From the NCBI RefSeq assembly GCF_035084215.1, contig NC_090368.1:3410001-3474000 (forward strand): a stretch of 64,000 nt of DNA. The letters are read 5' to 3'. The notes beneath the pieces were generated by a model. The model did not search any database. It was not told the DNA's origin and worked only from the letters and a program-made list of their open reading frames with translations. This document shows, one piece after another, positions 36,860-50,800 of this stretch. The stretch's first letter is position 1, and every line of letters begins with the position of its first letter. The DNA comes from Heptranchias perlo. Its lineage: Eukaryota. A program made the translations under genes and the position numbers.

Positions 36860-38110
36860 ATGAGGGTCTTCGGTTATGTGGAGAGACTGGAGAAGCTGGG
36901 ATTGTTCTCCTTAGAGCAGAGAAGGTTAAGGGGCGATTTAATAGAGATGTTCAAAATTATATGGGGTTTTTGATAGTGTAAATAAAGAGCAAATATTTCC
37001 ACTGGCAGGAGGGTTGGTAACCAGAGGTCACAGATAAGGTAATTGGCTAAAGAACCAAAGGGGAGATGAGGAGACATTTTTTTTTACACAGCGAGTTGTT
37101 CTGATCTGAAAGGGCGGTGGGAGCAGATTCAATAATAACTTTCAAAAGGCGAATTGGAGAAATACTTGAAAAGGAAAAATTTGCAGGGCTACGGGGGAAA
37201 GAGCAAGGGGAGTGGGTCTAATTGGGCAGCTCTTTCAAAGAGCCAGCAGGGGCACGAGGGGCCGAATGGCCTCCTTCTGTGCTGTACGATTCTAAGACCT
37301 GGAAGTGGTGGGTGAGTGAGTTAATCAGTCAATTATACTTGAACCCACATTGTATCAATAAGTTGGTTTGGAGCTTCCAATTTTCCAGTGACTATGTAGT
37401 TACATAGGAGTCTTGCAGCTGGTGCACATCTGTCACACCTCAAAGTGTCACGGGTATTAAAACAAAAGCACGAACAGGAGGCCAATACGAACGCACTTGT
37501 AGTTAATGTGTCCGTGCTTACAGGGCAATTAATCCCCCGGGGTTTGTCAATTAAATCCACATCCTGCCAGAGTGGGGAGTATTAAGTCTTTTCTGGCCAG
37601 CCTGCACACATCTCTTTTACATCGAGTCTACAGTCGGTCTGTGCCGGTGTTTATTCTCCACACGAGCCTCCTCCCACCCCTCTCCATCTCACCCTATCAG
37701 CATATCCTTCTATTCCTTTCTCCCTCATGTGTTTATCCAGCTTCCCCTTGAATCCATCTACACTATTCACCTCAACCACTCCATGTGGGAGTGAGTTCCA
37801 CATTCTCACCACTCTCTGGGTAAAGAAGTTTCTTCTGAGTTCCTTATTGGATTTATTAGTGACTCTCTTATATTTATGGGCCCTAGTTCTGGTCTTGCCC
37901 ACAAGTGGAAACATCTTCTCTACGTCTACCCTATCGAACCCCTTCATAATCTTGAAGACCTCTATCAGGTCACCCCTCAGCCTTCTTTTCTAGAGAACAG
38001 AGCCCCAGCCTTTCCTGATTGTTAGAACCTCTCTGTTCTGGGATCAGCCTTGTGAATCTTTTTTTTGCACTTGCTCCAGTGCCTCAATATCCTTTTTGTA
38101 ATATGGAGAC
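36860..38110. mobile_element. CR1-clade fragments (+ 36860-37290; - 37630-38110)
   Basis: ORF2 C-terminal motifs. Confidence 0.75.
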
Positions 38111-40509
38111 CAGAGGTCCCCATTCTCAATGGCAATTTTACACTGCGTTTAAGAAGTTAATCTCCAAATCTGGCCCACTGGCTTCATCGACCAGGAAGGT
38201 CCAAAGTTGGATTTCCAATCTTTGCTGTGCTTGCTGATTGTGTCGGAGTGGCTACAATTGGCCTCACCCATACCGCCCCTGGACCAGGGTGAACCGAAAT
38301 CAGCCAGGAGGTCCCGAACCCCTGAATGCCACCCAGCGACCCTCGACTGGACCGTGCACACGAGTGGCATCGAGCTCGAGCAGGGTGCCCTCCTCTAACC
38401 AGCCAACGCCCGCTGGCTGGGTTTCCCGGCGTGAGAAAGATGGCCTCTGCACTCCCGCCTGGGTTTCCCGTGGTCTGGCCGAGCAACGGAAGCTACCGAG
38501 GGTAAACCAAGGCCGCAGATTGTTCCCGTTCCCAATGGGAATTATACCGGCACTGGAAAAGGTGCAAAAAAGATTCGCAAGGCTGATACCAGAACTAACA
38601 ATAACGTAATGAGAGGGTAACTGGTGCTTAGGAAGTAACTGGTTGCCAACTAGGAGAATTCATTAGTTGCTGCTGTAACTGGAGAGAGGGGCGTTAACCA
38701 CTTTTTTAATAAAGCCAGTTAGAAGTCATTTGTGGCCCGCCCACACAGGCCTTGATACTACGTAGGTAAGGTTATTGGCCGATGCTCCTCCCAATCCCGC
38801 GACCTGCTCCATCTAGAAGGACAAGGGCAGCAGGTGCATGGGAGCACCCTCACCTCCAGGCTCCCCTCCGAGTCACACACACCAGCGCGAATTGGACGTC
38901 TACCGGCCGTTCCCTCATCGTCGCCGGGTCAAAAATCCAGGAACTCCTGAGAACGTCTGGTTGCCAACCTCGGGCGGGCCTGTCGGTTCAAAGGTCACGT
39001 TGGCAGCATCGCGCCTCAGGTCCCCCCCCACTTCCCTCATGAGGGTGCGTACAGGCCAGCGTTTCAAAACTGGCCTTCCCAAAAACAAGTTAAGTCTTGA
39101 GAGGACCCTCTCCATCATGCCCTCACGTGGTAGCACCAATGCAAAGCTGAGAACCACAGGCCACGAAACTGCCCATCAACTGTAGCTGTCCCTCCTTTAA
39201 TGTCGCTACAGGTCCATTTGGTAATCAAACCATTTCTTCTCAATGGTCAAGCAATTTAGATGTTAACCATTTATAATACTTATGTAGATAATAAAGTTTG
39301 GACCGTGTTTGCTTTTGACACCTGACAGCAATTGAAAACATAACTTCATCAAATTGGCATGAGCTGGAGTTAACATATAAAATAGCCATTGGGTGTCCAA
39401 GGACCAATTGATTTGATTCGCTTAGGTTCAAAGGCCATTGAAGCTTTGGCCCAGCCTTCCGGTCAGCAGTCTGCCATGTTGAATTTCCATGATGGCAGGT
39501 GGCATCCATTTTAACTCCAGCTGCTTTGAAAACGGCCTCAAACGAAGATGCAAATCTCTGCACTGGTCACAGGCTTAAAAAGAAAACTCTGTGTTTTGTC
39601 CCACCATTGTCCATTTGGTTTAAGACAAAACCCTTTCACCGTATACGTCCACTGGCCCCCTCATCCCGAGCACAATTTTAGAGCAGGGAAAGAAACCTCG
39701 CACTATTTTTTTTCCAACGTTGCCTTGGCGTGATTATGAACGCCTTAGATCCTTGTGTCGCGAAGTGTGACGAATTATATAGTGCAGCACCCACCTGTAG
39801 TGTGACTGAATGTGCCTCCTTTGTCGTGTTCCCTATACAAGTAAAAATGCTAACATGAAACACTTGCCCTTCAAGTGCCTGAGTGTGTGTAAGAACGTGG
39901 GAGAGAGGAAGACCCCTCACTGATATGTGTAGCGACACCACAAGCCCATTGCAGTAGAAAATGTTCACAATGTCGCTACACATGGTGGCCACAATTAATT
40001 CTCCTACAATGTAGAAATGTGGACACCCTTATCTTAATAGCACTTACCTGCCATGTCACTTTGTAAACCATATTGCCAGCCAATCCTCAACCTCTTGCCC
40101 CTCTCCAAAGTAGGAACGAGTAGGACTTGACCCTGTGACGCTATTCCAAGACGAGCGGACGAGGGAGTTCTCCTGGTGTCCTGGCCAGCACTCCTCCCTC
40201 GACCGACCCCCAACAGCTTAACTGGTCAATCATCTCATAGCTGTCCGCGGGATGTTGCTGGTAGAACGTCAGTCACTGAAATGGTGAGCCCTTGGGCCTA
40301 CGTGACCAGATTGAGAGTGCTGTAGCCCGACATGGGAACGCCATCCACTCTATCCCTTCACAGGAGGTCAGCCTTCTCTTCAGATAACTGCTCAAAGTTT
40401 CTGTGTGCACCGATGAGGATTGGCTAAGGGAATATGGTGGCCTTGGTCATTTAATTGGATGACGTTTGGTCAACAGCTAACTGTGTAATTTCCTTCCAGT
40501 GTGCAAAAA

Positions 40510-40551
40510 AATAAAGAATGTCCCAATATCTGGAATAAAATCTATAATAAA
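40510..40551 (+). terminator. Clustered AATAAA poly(A) signals, candidate PAQR6 3' end
   Basis: Three AATAAA within ~42 nt followed by T/GT-rich sequence; would imply a ~5.6-kb 3'UTR. Confidence 0.4.
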
Positions 40552-41164
40552 AGTTTAATCCTAACCACTTTGTCATTGTTTATTTTCTCAAATGAGTGCT
40601 CCAGGGGCCTGTGGGAGATATCCAACGTGAATCAGCCCATGGCTAAATCAAGGTTATGAGATATAAAGTTCTTTAGGGAAGGAGACCTGCCGCCCTTATG
40701 CGATATATGTGACTCCAGTCCCATGCTAACGTGGTTGACTCTTAGCTGCCTCTGAAGTGGCCTAGCAAGCCCCTCAGTTGTATCAAAGAGGAAGGCCCAC
40801 CTTCTCGGAACAACGAGGGATGGGCAATAAATGCCAGCCTTGCCAGCGATGCCCAATCCCGAGAATGAATAAAAAAACACATGCTCCACCCTCTTGTTAG
40901 AACTTGTCTTGTTTCCTTTTTCCGTTCCCCTCCGCCTCTCCTGTCGGCATTGAACCTCCTTGCTCAGGTGCAGTTCCACGGGCACCAATTGCCCTCTGGT
41001 AGCTCACCCAAGTAGTCAGGGCTAATTGCTGCCCCAGCTGGGGTCAGCTAACAGAATCAAACCTGGGACCTTCCTGATCTCAGTGTGGCTCAGCTACTCA
41101 TTGTTCTAACCAGTTGAGTGAGGATGCTCATTACTTAACAGTGGAGCAGCATTCCATCCTTGGT

Positions 41165-41940
41165 TAGCTGTCAGCCGTGGCTCGATGGATAGCACTCTCG
41201 CCTCTGAGTCATAAAGACCGTGGGTTCAAGCCCCACTCCAGAGACTTTGAGCACATAATCCAGGCTGACACTCCCAGTGTGGTACTGAGGGAGAGCTGCA
41301 CTGTCAGAGGTGCCGTCTTTCACATGAGACGTTAAACTGAGGCCCCGTTTGCCCCCTCAGGTGGATGTAAAAGTTCCCATAGCCACTATCTATCCCACCA
41401 GCGAACAAAAGTTATCTGTTTTTAATATAACGGGTCATTTGCTGTCTTTCTCTTCCTTCCGGATGTTTCTATGTTTCTGCCTCTCTGTTTTTTTTGGTTG
41501 TTTGTATATTCAGTGGCCCTGTAGGTAACACCTCTCTGTCTGAACACTTTGATTGCCTTGGCAACGGGCAGTTGGAAAGACTGTCTGTAATCACCAGGTA
41601 TTGTTCTGTGATTTATAAATGCGAAAGGTTCGAGGATTTCATTTCCACATTCACCAGAGGAAGGAGGAAGCCTCCGAAAGCTTGTGATTTTCAAATAAAA
41701 TTGTTGGACTATAACTTGGTGTTGTAAAATTGTTTACCACTATCTAAAGAGCAGAGGAGTATTCCAGGAGTGTCCTGGCCAATATTTATCCCTCAACCAA
41801 TGTCACTAAAACAGACTATCTGCTCATTATCACATTTCTGTTTGTGGGATCTTGCTGTGCACAAATTGAGCTGCCCTGTTTCCCACATTACAACAGTGAC
41901 CACACTTGAAAAATTACTTCATTAGCTGTAAAGTGCTTTG
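41165..41940 (+). mobile_element. Deu-like SINE interrupted by a Penelope-like insert (41393-41736) with a 10-bp target-site duplication
   Basis: ccactatcta at 41383-41392 and 41737-41746; insert ends ccgaaagcttgtg...aataaaattgttggactataacttggtgttg. Confidence 0.7.
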
Positions 41941-42029
41941 TGCATGGTGCCCAACACAGGTCAATGCATCCGTTTACTCCTCCAGTGACAGCGCCACCTG
42001 GAGGCTCGGATGACCTGCTGAATCGGCAG

Positions 42030-43055
42030 CTGCAGCCCCCAGCGGCGGGGATGATGATTATAATTCGTCTGCAGCGCCGCCCAGTGGCTGGGATGATGAT
42101 TATATTTCGTCTGCAGCGCCATCTAGCGGCTGGGATTATGATATATTTCGTATGCAGCGCCACCCAGCGGCTGGGATGATGATTATAGTTCGTCTGCAGC
42201 GCCCCCAGCGGCTGGGATGATGATATATTTCGTCTGCATCGCCATCTAGCGGCGGGGATGATGATATATTTCGTGCACAGCGCCCCCCAGCGGCTGGGAT
42301 GATGATATATTTCGTACGCAGCGCCACCTAATGGCGGGGATGATGATTATAGTTATAGTTCGTCTGCAGCGCCACCCAGCGGCTGGCTGATGATATATTT
42401 TGTCTGCAGCGCCACCCAGCGGTTGGGATGATGCTTATAGTTCGTCCGCAGCGCCCCCCAGCGGCGGGGATGATGCTTATAGTTCGTCCGCAGCGCCCCC
42501 CAGCGGCGGGGATGATGCTTATAGTTCGTCCGCAGCGCCACCCAGCGGCTGGGATGATGATTATTGTTCGTCTGCAGCGCCACCGAGCGGCTCGGATGAT
42601 GATATATTTCGTCTGCAGCGCCATCTAGCGGCGGGGATGATGATATATTTCGTGCACAGCGCCCCCGAGCGGCTGGGATGATGAAATATTTCGTCCGCAG
42701 CGCCCCCGAGCGGCTGGGATGATGATATATTTCGTCTGCAGCGCCATCTAGCGGCGGGGATGATGATATATTTCGTACGCAGCGCCACCCAATGGCGGGG
42801 ATGATGATTATAGTTATAGTTCGTCTGCAGCGCCACCCAGCGGCTGGGATGATGAAATATTTCGTCCGCAGCGCCCCCCAGCGGCTGGGATGATGCTTAT
42901 AGTTCGTCCGCAGCGCCACCCAGCGGCTGGGATGATGATTATAGTTCGTCCGCAGCGCCACCCAGCGGCTGGGATGACGATTATAGTTCATCCGCAGCGC
43001 CACCCAGCGGCTGGGATGACGATTATTGTTCGTCCGCAGCGCCACCGAGCGGCTG
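42030..43055. repeat. ~40-bp minisatellite (~25 units) with a CTCF-like motif per unit
   Basis: Unit ~ttcgtc(t/c)gcagcgcca(cc/tc)(c/t)agcggctgggatgatgattata; the reverse complement contains CCGCTAGATGGCGC / CCGCTGGGTGGCGC. Confidence 0.9.
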
Positions 43056-43134
43056 GAGGACCGATTTAATGCAACGGGAGGACCGGTGAAAGCTCTGCGC
43101 GCAGGCGCGGTGCGAGAGTTTGCCGAGAGACAAG

Positions 43135-46015
43135 ATGGCGGACGTGGATACCTGGGGTAAGTGGAGAGGCGGCGATGGCGGCGGTTCGGGGCCTCGCTGT
43201 TGGTTCAGTTTATTTCTAATCCCCTCCCCGCTCTCTCTTTCTTGTCTCAACCCCAGACGCGGACGGATTCGAGCCGGAGGAAGCGGTGCCAAAGATGGTG
43301 GCGTCGGACCGGTGGGAAGGAGAAGACGAGGAGCGGACGGTGAAGGTAGGAATTAAAAAAAACAATCAAAGGGCCGCGGGGAAGCCGGGGCCTCGAGTAG
43401 GGGAGGGACGAGCCGCCCGAAAAACTCCCTCCAAAGCCCGAGACCCGCTTCGTGTGAGGCCGCAACCTGAAGTACTGGAGTGGGCGGAGAGCCTGAGGAG
43501 GAGGCGGGGTAAATATTCCGTTAAATGAGGATACGGTCCGGGTGTGATACGGGTTTAATGTACCGTGGGTACGGTCCGGGTGTGATACGGGTTTAATGTA
43601 CCGAGGGTACGATCCGGGTGTGATTTGGGTTCGGTGTACCGTGGGTACGGTCCGGGTGTGATACGGGTTCGGTGTACCGTGGGTACGGTCCGGGTGTGAT
43701 ACGGGTTCGGTGTACCGAGGGTACGGTCCGGGTGTGATACGGGTTCGGTGTACCGTGGGTACGGTCCGGGTGTGATACGGGTTCGGTGTACCGTGGGTAC
43801 GGTCCGGGTGTGATACGGGTTCGGTGTACCGAGGATACGGTCCGGGTGTGATACGGGTTCGGTGTACCGTGGGTACGGTCCGGGTGTGATACGGGTTCGG
43901 TGTACCGAGGATACGGTCCGGGTGTGATACGGGTTCGGTGTACCGAGGATACGGTCCGGGTGTGATTTGGGTTCGGTGTACCGAGGGTACGGTCCGGGTG
44001 TGATTTGGGTTCGGTGTACCGAGGGTACGGTCCGGGTGTGATTTGGGTTCGGTGTACCGAGGGTACGGTCCGGGTGTGATTTGGGTTCGGCGTACCGAGG
44101 GTACGGTCCGGGTGTGATTTGGGTTCGGTGTACCGAGGGTACGGTCCGGGTGTGATTTGGGTTCGGTGTACCGAGGGTACGGTCCGGGTGTGATTTGGGT
44201 TCGGTGTACCGAGGGTACGGTCCGGGTGTCATTCAGGTTTGGTGTAATGTGCACCGCAGGGTGCAGCCCGGGTGCCAGAAGGATTGGTGTCCAGTGGAGC
44301 GTACGGTGCAGTTAGCATGCTATGGCGCACTGGCACATGAAGTTGGTGCACCGTGAGGCTGTTTCTCATGGTAGTGCCTGTACACTAGTTCCTGCAAATG
44401 CTGAGTTCCTGACCTAGAAAGCTCTGATCAGGTAGAGGCCGTGCACATCTGCATGAGGAGGGGGGAAATTGTTTCTAGTGCTCCCCTGAGGAACTCTGCA
44501 GCAGTTGCTTGGCAGAGAAAGAGGAGCAGATCACTCACGACTGCGTTGAACAAAGGGGGCATCTGAAAGATCGCAGGATGAGGAACGCCTTAAGAAAATG
44601 ATGGACAGGACAGACCCACTAGCCTGTCCCATATAGTTCTGATGCTGACATTCCCGACCCACCTCCAGAACGGTGTCATCTCCTTGGAGATAAACCAGAT
44701 CCGACCCAGGACATTCAGGGGGGAAAAAAATCTGCAAAATGCCTCTTCCACGAGTTGCGGTACAGATGCAAGTTGGAAATCAGTGCCCCGTTGTCTCTTT
44801 GTGACTGCTCTCCTTTCCATGCAGGATAACTGGGATGACGAGGAGCAACAGCAAGAGCAAGAGGCAAAGCAATCAGGTACAGTGAGAGCCGCTGCATTTT
44901 AAACGACTGCGTCCAACGCTCTGCCTCAGCGCCACTGTGCTGAATAAGTATTTTTAAAACGAGCTGCAGAAATAAGTGGATTTACAGCACAGAAACAGGC
45001 CATTCGGCCCAACTGGTCTATACCGGTGTTTATGCTCCACACGAGCCTCCTCCCTCCCCTCTTCATCAAACCCTATCAGCATATCCTTCTATTCCTTTCT
45101 CCCTCATGTGCTTATCCAGCTTCCCCTTAAATGCATCTACGCTATTCGCCTCAACTACTCCATGTGGTAGCGAGATTGTGAATAGTGCAGCTGGGAAAAA
45201 TTGAGACACTTGGAGTATTGTGCACAGTTCTGGTCTCCATATTAGAAAAAGTATATAGAGGCACCAGAGAAGGTGCAAAAAAGATTTACAAGGATGATAC
45301 CAGAACTGAGAGGTTATACCTATCAGGAAAGATTGAACAGGCTGGGGCTCTTTTCTCTAGAAAAGAGAAGGCTGAGGGGCGGCCTGATGGAGGTCTTTAA
45401 AATTGTGATAGGGTAGATGTAGAGAAGATGTTTCCACTTGTGGGGGAGACCAAAACTAGGGGCCATAAATATAAGAGAGTCACTAATAAATCCAATAAGG
45501 AATTCAGGAGAAACTTCTTTACCCAGAGAGTGGTGAGAATGTGGAACTCACTCCCACATGGAGTAGTTGAGGCGAATAGTGTAGATGCATTTAAGGGGAA
45601 GCTGGATAAACACATGAGGGAGAAAGGAATAGAAGGATATGCTGATAGGGTGAGATGAAGAGGGAGGTGGTTCCTGTGGAGTATAAACACCGACCAGTTG
45701 GGCCGAATGGCCTGTTTCTGTGCTGTAAATTCTATGTCATTCTATGAATTGCTGATAAATACAATAACCCATTTTTGGCCCAAAAGGTTCTCTTCCCCCA
45801 TCACGTGGCTCCATTTTCAGCCCCCCTCTCACCCCCTGTCCCCTCGTCGATCAGTCTCGCGTGAGGATTTTTGTTTTTCTCCGACTGATGAATTCCGGGT
45901 TTTATTAAAAACTTTTTTTTTCTCCCGAGTAGAAGTAAAAGTCCCAGAGAAAAGGAAAAAGAAGTTGAACGACAAAATCAAACAGAAGGAACAGAAGGCA
46001 GCAGAAGAAAGGAAA
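43135..46015 (+). CDS. EIF3J: Eukaryotic translation initiation factor 3 subunit J-like, exons 1-4 only (82 codons)
   Basis: Exons 43135-43156 (MADVDTW), 43257-43345 (DADGFEPEEAVPKMVASDRWEGEDEERTVK), 44825-44876 (DNWDDEEQQQEQEAKQS), 45933-46015 (EVKVPEKRKKKLNDKIKQKEQKAAEERK); aagATGGCG start in CpG-rich sequence; canonical downstream exons not found. Confidence 0.8.
43530..44230. repeat. ~39-bp GC-rich minisatellite in EIF3J-like intron 2
   Basis: (ggtacggtccgggtgtgat(tt/ac)gggttcggtgtaccga/tg)n, ~18 copies. Confidence 0.95.
44980..45745. mobile_element. Oppositely oriented CR1-clade fragments in EIF3J-like intron 3
   Basis: Minus copy ~44980-45170, plus copy ~45210-45745. Confidence 0.8.
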
Positions 46016-47024
46016 GTGAGTAGGTTGGATAAACCCGTATTATACTACACGATGTAACCGCAGGACAATCGCAGGCACCGGGGCCGCGAGACAGAAACAT
46101 TGTCTGGTCTGTGCGCTACGACGCAGTAAGATGGCTGTACCTATGTGATCCAGCAACGAGAAAAACCCTGATTGCATTGTTAGTTTGTATAGCCTACGGT
46201 TGTAATCATACTTTTCTTTGCTTTCCTTTCCTTTCCCTTTCCCCCTCCATCCCCAACCTTCCCCCCCCCCGATTGAACGGGGGCTCAGACGGGAAGCTGA
46301 AGTTTGCAGTGTGATAAAGGCCTGGTCCCGTTGCCCCGGTGGATAAAAGGCACTGCCTTCCCCGGTGTAGCGGTACACAGGCTAGAAGTTCCCGAATTCA
46401 ATTCCCCCACTCCCGCCCCGGACTGTGCAGGGTTGGGTTGGGCTGCTCCATCTGGTCTCCAGGCCCCTGAGCTGATGCAGGGCGGGGTGACAATCAATTG
46501 GGGGTTCCTGCTCCGGATCGGGATCCGACGACGTGTTCCGGAGAGTGTGTGGCCGAGGACGGGATTGGGCTGGGCCGTGACGTTTCCCCCCCCTCCCCGT
46601 GGTGGAACGGCCCATCGTCGCGTCAGTTCGTCCGCGAGGAGCAGGCCTCTCGAGTGAGGGCTGACTGTCCCCACACAACTGTACCCCAGCAACAGCCAGC
46701 ACCACTAGGAGGAAATTGGGAAGGGTGTGGGGGCGGAGAGAGGTTAGATGGACTGATCAGCAATGCGAGCCATCCGTTTGGGTCGTACAGTGCAGTGGGA
46801 TGGTAGATATGACTAGCTGCTGTGGAAAACATTCCCTCCAAGTAACAGAGCCCCAAGTACTGCTAAACATACAGGACAATCACAGTTACCAGGGCCGTTT
46901 TTCTGAAGGAGATAATAGTGTTTTGCACACCGAGTTTCAGCAAAATGGGCTCATTGTTGGGACTGGCCTTCACGCAAGGGAAGGTAATTAGTGGGAGGCC
47001 AATATCTATCCCCCTCTTCGTGTG

Positions 47025-47823
47025 TCTCTCTCTCTCTCTCACTCACTCACGCTCTCTGCCCCTTTCTCTCACTCTCTCCTCTCTGCCCCTTTCTCTCTCA
47101 CTCTCTCCTCTCTGCCCCTTTCTCTCTCACTCTCTCCTCTCTGCCCCTTTCTCTCTCACTCTCTCCTCTCTGCCCCTTTCTCTCTCTCTCCTCTCTGCCC
47201 CTTTCTCTCTCTCTCTCTCCTCTCTGCCCCTTTCTCTCTCACTCTCTCCTCTCTGCCCCTCTCTCTCTCCTCTCTGCCCCTTTCTCTCTCTCTCCTCTCT
47301 GCCCCTTTCTCTCTCTCTCCTCTCTGCCCCTTTCTCACTCTCTCTCTGCCCCTTTCTCTCTCTCTCCTCTCTCTCTTTTCTCTGCCCCTTTCTCTCTCTC
47401 TCCTCTCTGCCCCTTTCTCTCTCCTCTCTGCCCCTTTCTCTCTCCTCTCTGCCCCTTTCTCTCTCCTCTCTGCCCCTTTCTCTCTCCTCTCTGCCCCTTT
47501 CTCTCTCCTCTCTGCCCCTTTCTCTCTCCTCTCTGCCCCTTTCTCTCTCTCTCCTCTCTGCCCCTTTCTCTCTCTCTCCTCTCTGCCCCTTTCTCTCTCT
47601 CTCCTCTCTGCCCATTTCTCTCTCTCCTCTCTGCCCCTTTCTCTCTCTCTCCTCTCTGCCCCTTTCTCTCTCTCTCCTCTCTGCCCCTTTCTCTCTCTCT
47701 CCTCTCTGCCCCTTTCTCTCTTTCTCCTCTCTGCCCATTTCTCTCTCTTTCTCCTCTCTACCCCTTTTTCTCTCTCTCTCTCCTCTCTGCCCCTTTCTCA
47801 CTCTCTCTCCTCTCTGCCCCTTT
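47025..47823. repeat. Polypyrimidine CT-rich repeat running into assembly gap 47824-48088
   Basis: (ctctcctctctgcccctttct)n. Confidence 0.95.
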
Positions 47824-50800
47824 NNNNNNNNNNNNNNNNNNNNNNNNNNNNNNNNNNNNNNNNNNNNNNNNNNNNNNNNNNNNNNNNNNNNNNNNNNNNN
47901 NNNNNNNNNNNNNNNNNNNNNNNNNNNNNNNNNNNNNNNNNNNNNNNNNNNNNNNNNNNNNNNNNNNNNNNNNNNNNNNNNNNNNNNNNNNNNNNNNNNN
48001 NNNNNNNNNNNNNNNNNNNNNNNNNNNNNNNNNNNNNNNNNNNNNNNNNNNNNNNNNNNNNNNNNNNNNNNNNNNNNNNNNNNNNNNNCATCAGTGCAGC
48101 TGTATTTTGGTCCACCTGACTTTCCTGTCCTGCATCCTCTTTCCCACCCCTGATTCCTCGCAGCATTGAAATCTCTGAATTTACAAAGATCTCAGAGCTG
48201 CCTAATTCCTCACTCTTCCCTCCCCCCCTCCTCTAGTCTACAATCTTAAGCCTGGGTTTTAAAACCGAGCCACTCCTTGATGTACCTCCCCTCTTCTGCT
48301 TCAATCAAGCTTCCTCGATTCTAAGAAAATCTATTTTGTGATCCGCCCATAATCTTACTGTCTAAAAACTGTTAGTTTATTCCTTCAAAAAAAAGCTTCA
48401 CAATTATTGTCTTTCCAATTTGAAATTCCAGTAGTTTAAAATTTATTAAACATGTACGTAATCTTGGTCCCTCTAATCAGCACAAACCTTAAATCTTCTC
48501 ATCATTGTACTGTAGTGTTGGTTCTGATTATTGCTTAAATACCCTCCAGTCTGATACTGAGCTGTGCAGCACACAGATACCAGGCTTCAAATCCACCCCC
48601 CACCCCTTTCCTTCAAAGTTTGTACTGGGTTAACCAAGCTCAGTTGGATGGCTAAAATTGGCCTCAGTGCCCCTGGGTCACAGGTCAAGCGGACAGCGAT
48701 CTGGAGTGCGAAACCCCGGCCAATGGCCCCTTGCCCGGAAGAGGGCACCTGTGGTGGGAGTCAGGGTAAAGGGATTGACCATTATGCACCCCTTCCCCCC
48801 CCATCCCTGCTCAGCAGTGGGATAGTCGACCGTGTGAAGAACGAACGTCCCTTTGGGACCGCGGGCCGGCCCACTCAGGAGAAGGTGAGGGGGGGAGCGG
48901 AAATTGGGTGGGTCGGAGAAGAAATAATACAAAATATTGCTTATTCACACAGCAGTTCTGGGGTCGAGTGAGAAAGGCACAAGTGATCAATAGTGAGGTG
49001 ACGTACAAACACGTGTTGAGTGGAAGATATAGCTTAGGTTATTCAGGCCGTGCGATAAGGAAGGGGGGGGACTTGAAATTGTTGAATCGGTGATAGAAAT
49101 GCCCTCTCCCCCGCCCCCCGATCAATAGCAAACCATTCCTCAGCGATGAGCTGATATAGCGCTGTCTGCATTCAGTAAACCCGATAGCGTGGACGCCATC
49201 GAACGCTGATAACCGGAATCGTGCTGGCGATCAGCGTCTGTACATTGACCCCCGCAGGGGCAGAGCCCCCGTTGCTATTATAAAAACAGAAAATGCTAGA
49301 ACGTAGGCACAGCCATTCAGCCCCTGATCCGCCATTCAATGAGATCATGGCTGATCGATATCTTAACTCCCATCTACCCACCTTGGCTCCAAATCCTTTA
49401 ATACCCTCGACTAGCAGAAATCTATCCGATTCATAATTACTAACTGAGCTAGCATCTACTGTTTTTTTTTGCGGGAGAGAGTTCCACATTTTCACCACCC
49501 TTTGCCTGAAGAAGTGTTTCCTGACTTCTCCCCGGAATGGCCGGGCTCTGATTACCAGGTTAAGTCCCCTTGTCCTGGACTCTCATCAGTGGAAAAACAC
49601 CCCGCAGGTCAGGCAGCATCTGTGGCGAGAGAAACGGGAGTTAACGTTTCAGGTCGATGACCTTTCGTCAGATGCTGCCCGACCTGCATTTTCTGTTTTT
49701 ATTTCAGATTTTCCAGCATCTGCAGTGTTTTGCTTTTGCCCAGTTGCTGTTAAGCTGTGAGTGTATATTTATCCTTCGGAGACTTTCGCTTGCTGTACAC
49801 GGATCTCAATTTAGGCTGTGTGTTGTACACATTGATTGTAACCTGTATAATCCAATACTCTGTATCTGCTACTTAACGTGGCTTGTCTTACAAACAAAAA
49901 GCACTCTTTTCTTTCTTGCCTGCTTTTTTTTTTCCTCTCCGCTCCTTTCTGAAACGCAGACTCTCCGCGGGGATGTGGAGCAGCTTCACTGGGCTCCTCT
50001 GGTACCCCCCGCCCCCTCACCAGCCGGCCGTGCGTAACGTGAGCCCAGACAGCGAACGCCACCCGGCTGTTCGACTGCAGGTGGGGCACCGGAGCTGAGC
50101 CTGGACCCTGTCCTTATCCGGTATCCAGGCGCCTGCATGAGAGTCGGTGGGCGGTGATTTGTGCTGGAGCACCATGGTTGACTTTTCCTCCCCTGGTCGA
50201 AGAGCACCGAGGCCAGTTGTAGCTCCCACCACCCCCAACCAAGCTAACTCGGCACAGACCAGGGATCAAACACACACTTCAAACTCTGTGCCGCACCAGC
50301 AGTGGTGCGTTTCTGCACTAAGCCAGCGAGAGACCCATGTAAATGCCGAGTGTCAGCCAATGAGTTGGAGGCGGGGCGCGACTTACGGCAGGATTCACGG
50401 CAAACAGTCCATTTTACAGCAAGCAGAGTCTATTTACTCAGCAAATAAGAGTCTAATTAAACAGCGCACCACAGCAAACAGTCTACAGAGTCTATATTTC
50501 AAAACAGCCTCGACAAAGAGAAGTCATGACCAAAACTACAGCAACTTCTCCCGATAATAGCAGGATTATTTCCCCAGCAAAATGCAGTAAGTGGAGGATA
50601 GTCACAAACTATATGCGTAAAATCCCAGTCACTTATAGCAGTGTAAGATTGATGGGGGAATTACCCAATCGTCCACATTCTGGCCGGGACTAGTGGTGTC
50701 GCCCATCGGCAACTTTCGAGGTACTCTGGCACCATGTGACCCCCACCGTTAAGGCATTAAATTCTCGCAGGGATGAGCTGCCCCGCCTACCCTGATGAGC

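Noticed and set aside
42353-43045. 230-aa repetitive ORF
   Set aside because: Translation of the ~40-bp minisatellite.
43247-44254. 335-aa and 225-aa repetitive ORFs
   Set aside because: Translations of the 39-bp intronic minisatellite.
46918-48169. 365-411-aa Leu/Ser-rich ORFs
   Set aside because: CT-rich simple repeat plus an N gap.
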